Shown: positions 27,803-41,095 of the stretch, piece after piece
Layout: each line of letters begins with the position of its first letter
How positions within the stretch are numbered: position 1 is the stretch's first letter
Assembly: GCF_006345805.1 (NCBI RefSeq)
Contig: NC_043019.1
Coordinates: 13,453,360 to 13,517,359, forward strand
Length of the DNA: 64,000 nt
Direction of reading: 5' to 3'
From: Octopus sinensis
Taxonomy: Eukaryota
The notes under the pieces: model-generated
What the model was told of the DNA's origin: nothing
The model's input: the letters and a program-made list of their open reading frames with translations, nothing else
Database searches by the model: none
Position numbers and translations under genes: made by a program

Positions 27803-29090
27803 TATATGTGTGTGTGTATATATATATTATATATTTATATATTTTATACGTATGTGTATGTGTGTATATGTATATATATATATAGATATATATATGTATG
27901 TATATATATATATGTATGTATATTTGTGTGTATGTATGTATGTATGTGTGTGTGGATGTATGCATTTATGAATATCTACTTATGTGTACATATGTGTGTG
28001 TGTGTATATATATATGTGTGTATATATATATATATGTGTGTGTGTGTATATATATATATATGTATGTGTGTGTATATATATGTATGTATGTGTGTATATA
28101 CATATATATATGTATGTATGTATTTATATATTTGAGGATAAACTGTACATTTGTTCCCGGAAAATTGATGTTTAATTACGTTTGACTTGTGTATATAATC
28201 CTTTGAAGTTCCTTTCTTCGGCATTTAGCTGTTTGTTTTGTTTCCCCTTTTCTTTTCCAAGGATTTAACCCCATAAATCAATGTTATTTTTGTATCATTT
28301 TCTGCTCCTATATTTTCTTAGAGGACCTTAAAAGGTTTTGTTTTGTTTTTTTATGTCATTTCCTTATATACTTTGATGGATTTTTTTTTAATTTGACCTC
28401 TCCTCTCCCCTACTCCAAGAAACAGAAAGGTATCTTGTTACCAAAAAAATTGAAACCCTGAGATTTTAATCTTCCAGTCTTGTTGGCCTACTAGAAATAG
28501 CAACCTGATCTACCTCCAATTACATCCAGATCATTTGATTATGTGCTTTCCTTAGTATATACCATTTACAAAGAAATGAACGGGATGGGGTGGTCATGGC
28601 TAGAACACCTTTGGTAGAAGGCTTACTTGATTACGGATGATTCAGAGCTCAACATGATCACTGCCATCTTTTGAAGAGAAATTCTATGAGGCTAAAAATA
28701 GCACTCAAAGCTCCCTCAGATCATATCCTAAGCATCTTGAAATATGTCTATCGTTGTCTATGAGATTTCTCCTGATGATGTTTTTCAGCTCAACACTGAA
28801 TCATCATCATCATCATCGTTTAACATCTGCTTTCCATGCTAGCATGGGTTGGACGGTTCAACTGGGTTCTGGGAAGTCAGGAGGCTGCACCAGGCTCCAG
28901 TCTGATCTGGCAGTGTTTCTACAGCTGGATGCCCTTCCTAATGCCAACCACTCCGAGAGTATTGTGGGTGCTTTTTACATGCCACCGACAGCAACCACAA
29001 TCAGTTGGTGCTTTTTACATGCCACCAGCACAGAAACCAGTCAAGGCGACGCTGGCATCAGCCACGTTTGGACACTGTTTTTTTTATAAA

Positions 29091-29495
29091 TGGTGCAGGA
29101 GTGGCTGTGTGGTAAGTAGCTTGCTAACCAACGACATGGTTCCGGGTTCAGTCCCACTGCATGGCATCTTGGGCAAGTGTCTTCTGCTATAGCCTTGGGC
29201 CGACCAAAGCCTTGTGAGTGGATTTGGTAGACGGAAACTGAAAGATGCCCGTCGTATATATGTATATATATATGTATGTGCTTGTATGTTTGTGTGTGTG
29301 TGTTTGTCCCCCTAGCATTGCTTGACAACCGATGCTGGTGTGTTTATGTCCCCGTCACTTAGCGGTTCGGCAAAAGAGACCGATAGAATAAGTACTGGGT
29401 TTACAAAGAATAAGTCCCGGGGTCGATTTGCTCGACTAAAGGCGGTGCTCCAGCATGGCCGCAGTCAAATGACTGAAACAAGTAAAAGAGAGAGT
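29091..29495 (+). mobile_element. Full-length family B SINE
   Basis: As above. Partial copies also at ~7670-7830, 9725-9930, 22968-23122, 25470-25576, 38018-38185 plus 38658-38875, 48010-48260, 48555-48710, 52590-52955, 54405-54760 and 61785-61850. Confidence 0.9.
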
Positions 29496-30111
29496 AAAGG
29501 TGTGTTCCTGTCCAGCATGAGGTTTTCCATCTATTTCTCGTTTATATTACTTTCTGCTATGAAACCCAAGAACTAACCCTGAAGAGGTGATGGACCTTTC
29601 TAGGCTGGAAGAAGATGCATTTATATTTGATACATATCTCATTTTCCTCTCCTGCATGTGTGTGTAGTGTGTGTGTAATGTGTGTGTGTGTGTGTATTTT
29701 GAGTTCCTATCAGAATCTTAAATCTGACAAAAATCTTTCAAGAAAACCCAAATTCCAACAAAAAAACCTGCTTGCAGTCATCACAGCTTGGAGAGATAAT
29801 CATTCATATCTTTGTGTGTGTAGAAAAGAGATGAGTGGGTGATTGGTGGTGATGGTGGTGAAAGAAAGTGTGAGGGAGATACAGAGAGAGAGAGAGAGGG
29901 AGCAAGTGAGAACCTGTTTTTAAATAAGGGCTCCACCCTTCACAATAAATTAATTTCACATATACACATACATACATATATATTCATACATACACTCACA
30001 CATATACACACAGATATATATATACACACACACACACATTGATTCACACACACATGTATGTATATATATATACACACATACACAAAGGCTCACATATACA
30101 TATATATACAC

Positions 30112-30144
<33 letters not shown>

Positions 30145-30759
30145 CACACGCGCGCACACATATATACACAGATTTACACACACACATATATACACGCACA
30201 CACACACACATAGTTATTTTGACTTGCTATAACTATTGCTATAACTATCTCTTTTTGCATCATACCCTACAACCATCACCACCACCACCACCTACTAGCA
30301 GCTACCACTATCACCATCACCATCACCACTTTCACCATATATGTACTTAAAATCCACATTACCTTTCCTGTTCAGGTGAGCCAACAGGTTTAATTTTAAC
30401 CAGAAATTATTATGGCTTCATGTTCTCATATGTGTACATACACGTAGGTGTATGCGAGGCTCTGTGGTAAGAGGTTTGCTTCTCACCAGCATGGGTATGG
30501 ATTCAGTTCCACTTGCATGGCTTCTTGGGCAAATGTCTTTGGATCTTTTCTGTTTGGCTTTCTTTTTTCATCCTTCAGCTTTGAATTAATTTCAGATCTG
30601 ATGTATTGATGTAGTTTTGCATGGTAATTATGGAAATGAAATTCATTTTTGCCATAACTTAATAAAAAATGAATAGCGTTTAAAGTTTGCAAATTTTGAG
30701 TAGTTTTAGCCATTCGAGAGCCACAAATATGTTGGTGCCTTTTTCCATAGTATCAAGCC

Positions 30760-31855
30760 AAGATCGATTTTTACCTTTCAGCCTTTTGGAAGTGATAAAG
30801 TAAGTACCAGCTGAGTACTGGGGTCAATAATAGACTCACACCTAACCTGAAATTGCTGGCCTTGTGCCAAAACTTGAATCCATTATTGTTATTATTATTA
30901 TAATTATTATTATTAAGGTGATGAGTTGGTAGAATCTTTAGCACACTGGACAAAATGCTTAGCGGTATTTCACCTGTTGCTACATCCTGAGTTCAAATTC
31001 CATCAAGGTCAACTTTACCTTTCATCCTTTGGGGGTCAATAAAATATGTACCAGTTGAATGCTGGGGTCGATGTAATCAACTTTCCCTCGCCCATAAATT
31101 TCCGGCCTTGTGCCAATAATAGAAAGGATTATCATCATCACCATCATCACCATCATCATCATCATCATTATTAAAGCAGCCTGCTGGTAGAATCATTAGC
31201 ACATCAGGCAAAATGCTTGGTGGCATTTCATCTGTCTTTACGTTCTGAGTTCAAATTCTGCTGAGCTCGATTTTGCCCTTCATCCTTTCAGGATTGATAA
31301 AATAAGTACCTGTGAAACACTGGGTTTGATGTAATTGACTTAACCCTTTTGTTATCAACCTAACTGAAACTGGCTCTCGCTCTGAGTACAAATATCTTGT
31401 TTTCATTAAGTTTTGAATTAAAATCTTCCACCAAACCTTAGCCACAATTTATGTTCCTAACACTAGTTGAATGATAACTAAGTTATTTTACTAAATTCTT
31501 TCTTATATTTAAAATTAATTGAAAAAAACACAGAGCATCTCAGTAGAAATAAGGTAACAAAAGGGTTAAAGTCGCCACGATATTTTTAACCCTTTCAATA
31601 CCAAACCGGCTGAAACCGGCTCTGGTTCTGTAGTACAAATGTCTTGTTTTCATATGTTTTGAATTAAAACCTTCCACCAAAACCTTAGTCACAATTTTTA
31701 TGTTCCTAACACTAGCTGAATGATGACTAAGTTATTTTACTAAATTCTTTGTTATATTTAAAGTAGTTGAAAGAAACACCGAGCATCTCAACAGGAATAC
31801 GGTTACGAAAGGGTTAATCCCTTCCTCCAAGCTGCCCTTGTGGCAACATTTGAAA
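30760..31855 (+). mobile_element. Cluster of three tandem family C SINEs (Meta-domain-like); the third is split by two piggyBac-type MITEs
   Basis: Shared core GACTTTGCCTTTCATCCTTTCGGGGTCGATAAAATAAGTACCAG and a GAGTTCAAATTC B-box. Confidence 0.75.
31344..31813. mobile_element. Two adjacent piggyBac-type MITEs (31344-31565 and 31590-31813)
   Basis: Each is bounded by TTAA-CCCTTT...AAAGGG-TTAA with ~13-bp imperfect TIRs, and the two ~225-bp bodies are homologous. Confidence 0.85.
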
Positions 31856-32208
31856 TCATCATCACCATCACCATCATCATCATCGTCACCATCATCATTT
31901 CTGATTTGCATTGAGCTGCTCACAGTAGTGGTGGTTGATGCATTGTTCTGAGATAGTTTGGAAACAAAAATAATAAAGAAACAGTAAGAAGAAAAACATA
32001 TGTGTGTGTGTGTAGATATATATATATATATTTATTTATATATATATATATACATACATGCTCATACATACATATGTGCACCAAAATACACACACACAAA
32101 CATATTTATGTGCATACAATATACATGCATATAAACACATGTATTACATAAATGTAAATACTCACACACACACACACACACACGCACACACACACACACT
32201 CACACACA

Positions 32209-32545
32209 GCCTCGTCTGGCACCTGTGTCGGTGGCACATAAAAAACACCATCCGAGCGTGGCCGTCTGCCAGCCTCGTCGGGCACCTGTGTCGGTGGCAC
32301 ATAAAAAACACCATCCGAGCGTGGCCGTCTGCCAGCCTCGTCTGGCACCTGTGTCGGTGGCACATAAAATCACCCACTACACTCTCGGAGTGGTTGGCGT
32401 TAGGAAGGGCATCCAGCTGTAGAAACACTGCCAGATCTGACTGGCCTGGTGCAGCCTTCGGGCTTGCCAGACCCCAGTTGAACCGTCCAACCCATGCTAG
32501 CATGAAAAGCGGACGTTAAACGATGATGATGATGATGATGATGAT
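32209..32545 (+). mobile_element. RTE 3'UTR with ~63-bp internal tandem repeats (about 2.5 copies)
   Basis: Unit GCCTCGTCTGGCACCTGTGTCGGTGGCACATAAAAAACACCATCCGAGCGTGGCCGTCTGCCA; (GAT)n tail. Confidence 0.85.
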
Positions 32546-32767
32546 ACATATGCATACGTGTTCTTTAATTTATTTTCCTTTCTGCGAATTGTCTCGCAAC
32601 TCTCTGTTGCATCGCCATTGAGGAATTTCAGAGGTCTATTTACACATTTATTGAAAAATTCCTGCTTCTTCTTTTAACATTTTCTCCTTCTTTTTCTCCT
32701 TCTCTTCCTTTTTCTTCTTCTTCTTCTTCTTAAGAAGAAATGTCTTCTGAATGGATTGGCTCCATTA

Positions 32768-32791
32768 TAAATAATAATAATAGTAATAGTA

Positions 32792-32828
<37 letters not shown>

Positions 32829-33060
32829 TAATAATAGTAATAATAATAATAATAGTAATAATAATAGTAATAGTAATAATAATAATAATAATAGTATTAA
32901 TAATAGTAGTAGTAATAATAATAATAATAACAGTAATAATAATAACAGTAATAATAATAACAGTAATAATAATAATGATAATAATAGTAATAATAATAAT
33001 AATAGTAATAATAATAATAATAGTAATAATAATAATAATAATAGTAATAATAATAATAAA
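32768..33060. repeat. (AAT)n/(AGT)n microsatellite
   Basis: Direct reading of the sequence. Confidence 0.95.
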
Positions 33061-33478
33061 TGAATACAGAGAAAAAGCGGAAAAGATTTTTTGACTTTTC
33101 TTGTCTTTTGGTTGTGTTTTTTTTTTCCTTTTTATTTTGTGTGTACTTAACTTGTCTTCTGCTTGAAGCTGTTACAAATCAAAGCGTGACAAACACTGTT
33201 TTGTATACAAACGAATAATCTGGTTTTTGTGCGCACACACACACACACATGCACATGCATCGATGTGGCCATGCACTCACACACCTTCGCCTTTTCTTCT
33301 ACCCCGCCCCCGCCCCACGTAACACTTTGTAGTGTCTGTTTATGAAAAAGAAAATAACTAAATAAATAAAGTAGGAAGGAAAGAAAGGAGAAAATGCGAT
33401 GGAATGAAAATGTCCCTTGTTAACATTTCAGAAAATTAAAATCATCTTTTGATTTTTTTTTTTTTGTATATGTGTATG

Positions 33479-33511
<33 letters not shown>

Positions 33512-33649
33512 GTATGTATATATCTTTGGGTAAAATGAGGTCCTTGGAATTTCTGAAGTTTTTTCTTGGTGGTTTCTTTATCTACCAAAGATAAAATACA
33601 GGCAGCGTTCAAGATTTTGTTGCATTTGAATTTCATCTCTAGATGTTAT

Positions 33650-34425
33650 GTGCGTGTGTGTGTGTATAGAAAATGAGAATGGTATGTGTTTGTGTGTGTA
33701 TGTATGTGTGTGTGTGTGTGTGTGTATAAAAAATGTGAACGGTATTTGTGTGTATGTTTTGTGTGAGTGTGTGTGTGTGAAAAATGAGAATAGTATTCGT
33801 GTGTGTATAAAAAATGAGAATGGTATTTGTGTGTGTGTGTGTGTGTGTAAAAATGAGAATGGTATGTGTGTGTGTATAAAAAATGAGAATGGTATTTGTG
33901 TGTGTATAAAAATGAGAATGGTATGTGTGTGTGTATAAAAATGAGAATGGTATTTGTGTGTATGTGTGTGTGTATAAAAATGAGAATGGTATGTGTGTGT
34001 GTATAAAAATGAGAATGGTATTTGTGTGTGTATGTGTGTGTGTGTATAAAAATGAGAATGGTATGTGTGTGTGTATAAAAATGAGAATGGTATTTGTGTG
34101 TATGTGTGTGTGTGTATAAAAATGAGAATGGTATGTGTGTGTGTATAAAAATGAGAATGGTATTTGTGTGTGTGTGTGTATATAAAAAATGAGAATGGTA
34201 TTTGTGTGTGTGTGTGTGTGTGTATATAAAAAATGAGAATGGTATTTGTGTGTGTGTGTGGTGTGTGTGTATATAAAAAATGAGAATGGTATTTGTGTGT
34301 GTGTGTGTGTATATAAAAAATGAGAATGGTATTTGTGTGTGTATAAAAATGAGAATGGTATTTGTGTGTGTGTGTGTATAAAATATAAGAATGGTATTTG
34401 TGTGTGTGTGGTGTGTGTATTTTGT
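33650..34425. repeat. Minisatellite: ~20 copies of AAAAATGAGAATGGTAT separated by variable (GT)n
   Basis: Units counted by eye. Confidence 0.92.
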
Positions 34426-34429
34426 GTGT

Positions 34430-35252
34430 GTCTATCTGAAGAATTTTGTGAAACAATTTGTCCTTATGAAGCTGGTGTTTGGAACAAATTACCATGAAAC
34501 TTTGACAGAAAGTTTGAATTTAGATCACCCTGAAGACTTTTGTCACCATATTTCTATTGAAAAACACCACCTTTTTGTTTCAACTAATTTTGAAGATAAT
34601 GAAGAATTCAAAATTTGGAACATAAACATGAAATTTCCATAGAAAGTTTTTAGATCCCTTTAAAAATCGGTGGTTTTTATCACAGAACTGGAAGAGTTAC
34701 AGAGCACGTAGACTAATAGTCATACATAATTTAACCCTTTAGTTAGCATACTTCTTTTGAAATACACAGCCTTAATTTCAATTAGATTTTAAAATAGTGA
34801 AGAATTCTAAAAAGTAGTAAAATAATTTTGTATTATTAAGCTGATGTTTGGAATATAAATTAGCCTGAAATTCTGATTGAAGGTTTTAATCTATGTCACC
34901 TCAAAGCCTTTCTTTAGCGTAGTTCTGTTGAAATACTCTGCCTTTGTTTCAGCTTATTTTTCAAAATAGTGAAGAATTTAAAATGTAGTAAAATAGCTTT
35001 GTCGTTATTAAGCTGGTGTTTGGAATATGAATTAATATGGAATTCTGATGGAAGATTTTAATTTAGATCACTTTAAAGCAGGAAGTCTTTTTTTTTTTTA
35101 TCATAAACCAAAGGGCGGTGCTAAGTGAGTTACAGAGAATAGAATGAGAGTCATACCATATTTTATCCTTTTCTTACCATTTTTGTTTTTTGAAAAATCC
35201 TGTCTTTAATAACTCGGACATTATTAAACGAGTGTTTGGAATATAAATTAAC
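34430..35252 (-). mobile_element. Cluster of about 4-5 diverged piggyBac-type MITE fragments, reverse orientation relative to 31344-31813
   Basis: Repeated GAAGAATT...AAAATA..TTTGTC.TTATTAAGCTGGTGTTTGGAA.ATAAATT is the reverse complement of the MITE body; TTAACCCTTT at ~34731. Confidence 0.6.
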
Positions 35253-35797
35253 AAGGCGGAGAGCTGGCAGACTCTTTAGTATGCCAGGCAAAATGCTTAC
35301 CGCTATTTTGTTTATCTTCGTGTTCTGCATTCAAATTCCGCCGAGGTTGACTTTGCTTTTCATCCTTTCAGGGTTGATAAAATAGATACCTGTTGAGCAC
35401 TGGGGTCGATCTAATCAACTTAACCTCTTCCCCTAAAACTTCTGACCTTGTGCCAAAATTTGAAACCATTATTATTCATCACCATCATCATCATCATCAT
35501 TGAACGTCCGCTTTCCATTCTGGCATGGGTTGGACAGTTCAACTGAGGGTCTGGCAAGCCAGGAGGTTGCACCAGGCCCCACTCTGATCTGGTAAGGTTT
35601 CTAACAACAACCACTCTGAGAGTGTAGTGGGGGATTTTTATATGCAACTGGTACGGGGGGGGGCAGTCAAGTAAGTCCACTGTTCATACTTAGAAAGAAA
35701 TTGTAGAGCAGGTGTGAGAGGTTAGATCTGGTCAGTTTGAACATAAAACAGGTAGGAATTTGGGGCCAGATATAGGTTAAAATATTAACTAAAAGAG

Positions 35798-36186
35798 GGT
35801 GGCGAGCTGGCAGAAACGTCAGCACACCGGGCGAAATGCTTAGCGGTATTTCATCTGTCTTTACGTTCTGAGTTCAAATTCTGCCGAGGTCAACTTTGCC
35901 TTTCATCCTTTCGGGGTCAATTAAATAAGTACCAGTTACACACTGGGGTCGATATAATCGACTTAATCCATTTGTCTGTTCTTGTTTGTCCCCTCTGTGT
36001 TTAGCCCCTGCGGGTAGTAAAGAAATAGGTATTTCGTCTTTCTTCACATTCTGAGTTCAAATTCCGCCGAGGTCGACTTTGTCTTTTATCTTTTTGGAAT
36101 CAATAAATTAAGTACCAGTTGCGTACTGGGATTGATCTAATTGACTGGCCCCTCCCCAAAATTTCGGGCCTTGTGCCTAGAAAGGA
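35798..36186 (+). mobile_element. Dimeric family C SINE (head plus repeated body)
   Basis: Head GGCGAGCTGGCAGAAACG; the second monomer restarts at GGTATTTCGTC (~36028). Confidence 0.85.
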
Positions 36187-36796
36187 ATATGAGCTAAAAG
36201 GTTTAAAAAAATAGGTACTGGGGTTGAATTGCTCAACTAGAATACTTCAAGATGATGCCCCAGCATGGCCACAGTCAAATGACTAAAACAAGGCAAAGAT
36301 AATAGATAAAAGATTTGCAAAGTACTTAAATGTTTTGTTTCGGGTTCTTTTTTCTTTGGTTTTTTTTTTTTTTTTTCCTCTTGTTATTTTTTCCATGCTG
36401 TTTTCTCCAAAACTTTTTGGAATTCCCAGCGTGTAAGAATATCTTATGTCGAAGTCAAACTTAAAACGTTAACGAAACATTTCAAGTCGAATCGAGCCAA
36501 CGCCAAGACACCATCAATAGTAATTCCATGACGAAATATATTTGAATTCTACTTAGATATCATTCTTCTCTTAAGACAAGAATAAAAATTCTCAATGCAG
36601 GAATCCTTTGTCACAGCAGTTTGCTTATTTTGCATGTGTCGGCGACTTTCCGATAACGTCTTATGTCTTCGTTTGTCGTATCATTCCTCTTCGTTTCCGC
36701 ATGTTGTTTCACTAATTAAAACATATTGAAATTGTGCGCCTGTTTTTGTTTTGTTTTTATTTTTGCCTTTTCCTCTCAGTTTGAGTGTGTGTGTGT

Positions 36797-36828
<32 letters not shown>

Positions 36829-36904
36829 AATGTGTGTGTATATGCACATGGATACATGTGCATACATGTATGTGTGTAAGTATATATGTATGTATAGATT
36901 TATT

Positions 36905-36967
<63 letters not shown>

Positions 36968-37091
36968 GTATATATGTTTATGTATGAATATATCTGTATG
37001 TATATGTATGAATATATTTGTGTGCATATATATATATAGACAAATGTTATATATATAACATTTGTGTGTGTATCATCATCATCATCATCAT

Positions 37092-37128
<37 letters not shown>

Positions 37129-37242
37129 ATTTGTGTGTATATATATATATATATATAATATATATATATACATATATATATAAACATTTGTGTGTGTGTA
37201 TGTATGTATATATATATATATGTACACACACATATATATATG

Positions 37243-37288
<46 letters not shown>

Positions 37289-38178
37289 TATATGTATGTA
37301 TAGAATTGTGCATACAATTGTATGTGTGTGTGTTAATATATAATACATTTAGCAACATAGAGAAACCATTTCATCTATAGTCTACATCTCTGGCTTTTTA
37401 TTTATTTCCATCCCCCCACCGTCCCACCCCACCCGTCCCTCTCACTCGTTATATACTCTTTGGCTCACCTTTAATAATCATATTATAATTTTCTGAGATG
37501 CCAATTAAGCTTTCATTTGCTTAACTAAACCCCCCCACACACACATACACACACTTCCCAACATACATGTAAATCCATTCAACATTTGTCTCTCTCTCTC
37601 TCTGTTTCTCTCTCTCTCTCTGTTTCTGTCTTTTTATCTCTGTCTCTCTCCCTCTCTCTCTGTCTCTTCCTCTATGTCTCTCTCCCTCTCTCTCTCTTCC
37701 TCTATTTCTCTCTCCCTCTCTCCCTCTCTAAGACGGAATTCTTTGTCTAGTCTTCTTCATTCTTCGCATTTGTCTTGTAATTCTAAAGAAGCCAAACCAA
37801 ATGACGTAAAATGTCTGGCAGTATTCAATGCCATTCTCTTCACACTGCTATGATTTTAGATTTTGGGGTTTAAAATTCTTTGGCCTTTAATCCATGTAAT
37901 TCTTCAAAAGAAATCTTCGTCGGTCCAGTTTTGGTTAGTATGCTTTTGTCTGTGAATTCTTTATTGTCTGTTAGGGTTTTGATTCTGTTTCGTTTTGGTT
38001 TTTGGTTTGCGTCAGTCAGGCATGGCTGTGTGGTAAGAAGCTTGCTTCCAAACCACATGGTCCCAGGTCCAATCCTACTTGCATGGAACTTTGAGCAAGT
38101 GTCTTCCACTGTAGCTTCAGGCTGACCAAAGCCTTTTAAGTGGATTTGGTAGATGGAAACTGAAAGAAGCCTGCCGTA

Positions 38179-38215
<37 letters not shown>

Positions 38216-38218
<3 letters not shown>

Positions 38219-38381
38219 GGAGTAAACACATAAATGTGAAACAAGGTGGAAAAAAGAGTACTCAAATACCAGTGGTAGAGTAATATGCTTTATTTAGATT
38301 CTAGCAAAAACTGTCCGATGAACAGCAACGGGAAACTCAGAGTAACAGGTTTTGTTGAATTTTTTGCTGCTTTAAATAAAG

Positions 38382-38390
<9 letters not shown>
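38216..38390. mobile_element. Penelope-like partially inverted terminal fragment (family H) with hammerhead-like motif at 38307-38353 (+)
   Basis: AAAACUGU-CCGAUGA-[weak stem II]-GAAA-CUC-a-GAG-UA-ACAGGUUUU. The left arm is shared with 40946-41060. Flanked by (TA)n. Confidence 0.55.
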
Positions 38391-38451
<61 letters not shown>

Positions 38452-38618
38452 CACAACATATAACAAGGGCCCTTGTTTTTTTCTTTTTTTTTCTATTTTT
38501 CTTTTGCCCTTGTTTATAAGTTGTTTATAAATTTAACCTTTAAAGGTATTTTTTTAATATGCTGGCCATTGATAGAATTTTTTCGAAAAATTTTATCCTA
38601 TATTAGGTGTGTACACAC

Positions 38619-38660
<42 letters not shown>

Positions 38661-40907
38661 TGTGTTGTGTCTGTTTGTCCCCCACCACTGCTTGACAGCT
38701 GATGTCAGTGTGTTTATATGCCTATAACTTAGCGGTTCAGCATAAGAGACCGACAGAATAAGTACTAAGCTTAAAAATAAAATAAAAAATAAGTACTGGG
38801 GTTGATTCAGAGATAAAATTCCTCAAGGTGGTGCCCCAGCATGGCCACAATGCAATGATTGAAGCAAGAAAAACATAAAGGACTATTAAGTTGCTATTTG
38901 GAAATTTTAGTGGAAGGATTTTAATACAGACCACTTTAGAAGATGAGGTTTAAAACACAGAACCAGGTGCTGCTTCATGCAGTTTAAAGAAAACTATAAT
39001 TATCAGAAGTTACATAATTGCATCTAGTTCTTCATTTATTCATGATGCAAACAGCCCTTCTCTCCTTGCTGTTAAATACAGCAGGGGTTCCCTGCATCAT
39101 GATTAATTCTTCAAGAGGCTGCCCTCTTTGCTGACAGGCCCACCCGCTGCAGCTATTAACTTCCTGCTGGGTTACATAATGGAGAGAGAGGGTTGCAGGT
39201 GCCACGAATTGTGCTTTCTTCTAACTAGACTCAAAGCTCATGCAATGTTCTTCGTAGACGCTCTTCGTTCAATGATTATGCCATAAAAATTTAGAAATTC
39301 TGAAAGGGAAACGCTCCCAGACAATCTGACCAAATGCTGCTTTCGACAGTAATAAGGGACTAGAACAAACATATAGAGTAAGGGGCCCGCCTGTGAGGAT
39401 ATAGAGGAATCATGTGACAAAACGGTCAAATAGGGTCCTGAAAAGTAAAGTAGCAAAGTAAGAACACCACCAGAAAATCTGGCAAATATGTGAATGGTAT
39501 TTCTATACTTATATAAATTCTTGTTAAAAAAATCCTGTCTTTAATAACTCGGACATTATTAAACCAGTGTTTGGAATATAAATTAACAAGGCGGAGAGCT
39601 GGCAGACTCTTTAGTATGCCAGGCAAAATGCTTACCGCTATTTTGTTTGTCTTTGTGTTCTGCATTCAAATTCCGCCGAGGTTGACTTTGCTTTTCATCC
39701 TTTCAGGGTTGATAAAATAGATACCTGTTGAGCACTGGGGGGTCAATCTAATCAACTTAACCCCTTCCCAAAAACTTCTGACCTTGAACCAAAATTTGAA
39801 ACCATTATTCATCATCATCATCATCATCATCATTTAACGTCCGCTTTCCATGCTGGCATGGGTTGGACAGTTCGACTGAGGACTGGCAAGCCAGGAGGTT
39901 GCACTAGGCTCCAGTCGGATCTGGTAAAGTTTCTACATCTGGATGCCCTTCCTAACACCAACCACTCTGAGAGTGTAGTGGGGGATTTTTTACATGCCAC
40001 TGGTACCGGGGTGGGGGGAGCCAGTCAATCTCTTTCAGTTGAAGTAGTTGTTGTGGGTATGTGGGTATTTTGAAAATATGACTGTGCCCTTTTGGCGAGG
40101 TTTAGTATCTTTTCAGCTACCCTGCCAGGGATATGGCAAGGTCGTGGAACTGCAGCATGGTGGATTGTGAAGAGGTTGTGGAAGAACTCAACAGTGATTT
40201 TGAGTAGTGGAATCCTAGGAGATTAATAGCCAGGATCACCAAGCTCTGTCAGGAGACTGACCATAATGCATCCACAGGGACAGCATCCGTGGTTGGATAA
40301 TCAGATAATGAAAGGATTCCACTGTGACTGAAGCTCCTTGTTCAGATTCGCAGTAATGGAATTGGATGGCAAAAGAGGGTCATGGGAAACCCTGAAAGCT
40401 GTGTGACCAAAGGGAGAGAGAGAGAGAGAGAGAGAGAGCGCAACTGTGGCTTTTAAGCGTATGAGTGATTAGAGATGTTACAGCAAAATAACTGTTAGGC
40501 TTTCAACCATCCAAATGAGAAACTTTCATCTTACTGGTGACTTAGTTTAGAAGAGAGTTTTCATTGTGAACAGATATTGTAGAAGCATTGAGAAATAGAA
40601 GAATTGTCTTTATTAATGTCTACTAAATGCAATATATATTTATAGACAAAACAGAGACAACTGAAGAAGGGGAATATTCTTTGTGTTGTATGTCTTGTAC
40701 TCTGTTTTTTTGGTGTTTGAAAAAAATGTTTGTTTCCATGTTTTTGTTTCTCATTGTGTTCAACATTTTTTTATGTCCTGTACCCATATATGCATGTATA
40801 TATACATATATATGTAGGTATGTACATATATGTATGTATATATGCATATATTTATATAATATTTATATTATCATATGATCAAACGCCACGCATCCTTTTC
40901 CAAGTAA

Positions 40908-40945
<38 letters not shown>

Positions 40946-40947
<2 letters not shown>

Positions 40948-41061
40948 GGAATAAACACATAAATGTGAAACAAGGTGGAAAAAAGAGTACTCAAATACCA
41001 GTGGTAGAGTAATATGCTTTATTAAAGCAGCGGAAAATTTTCCGCTGCTTTAATAAAGTAC

Positions 41062-41062
<1 letters not shown>
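40946..41062. mobile_element. Family H fragment ending in a perfect 42-bp palindrome (41017-41058)
   Basis: CTTTATTAAAGCAGCGGAAAA|TTTTCCGCTGCTTTAATAAAG; the first ~75 bp are nearly identical to 38216-38292. Confidence 0.8.

Positions 41063-41095
<33 letters not shown>

Noticed and set aside
33650-34425. CRISPR-like array (constant repeat with variable spacers) and the 305-aa ORF across it
   Set aside because: The spacers are only (GT)n, the repeat is short and non-palindromic, there are no cas genes and the context is eukaryotic. The ORF is a repeat translation.
40640-40790. Additional hammerhead at CTGAAGAAGGGG
   Set aside because: No GAAA or stem III follows. At most it is a decayed terminal-repeat remnant.
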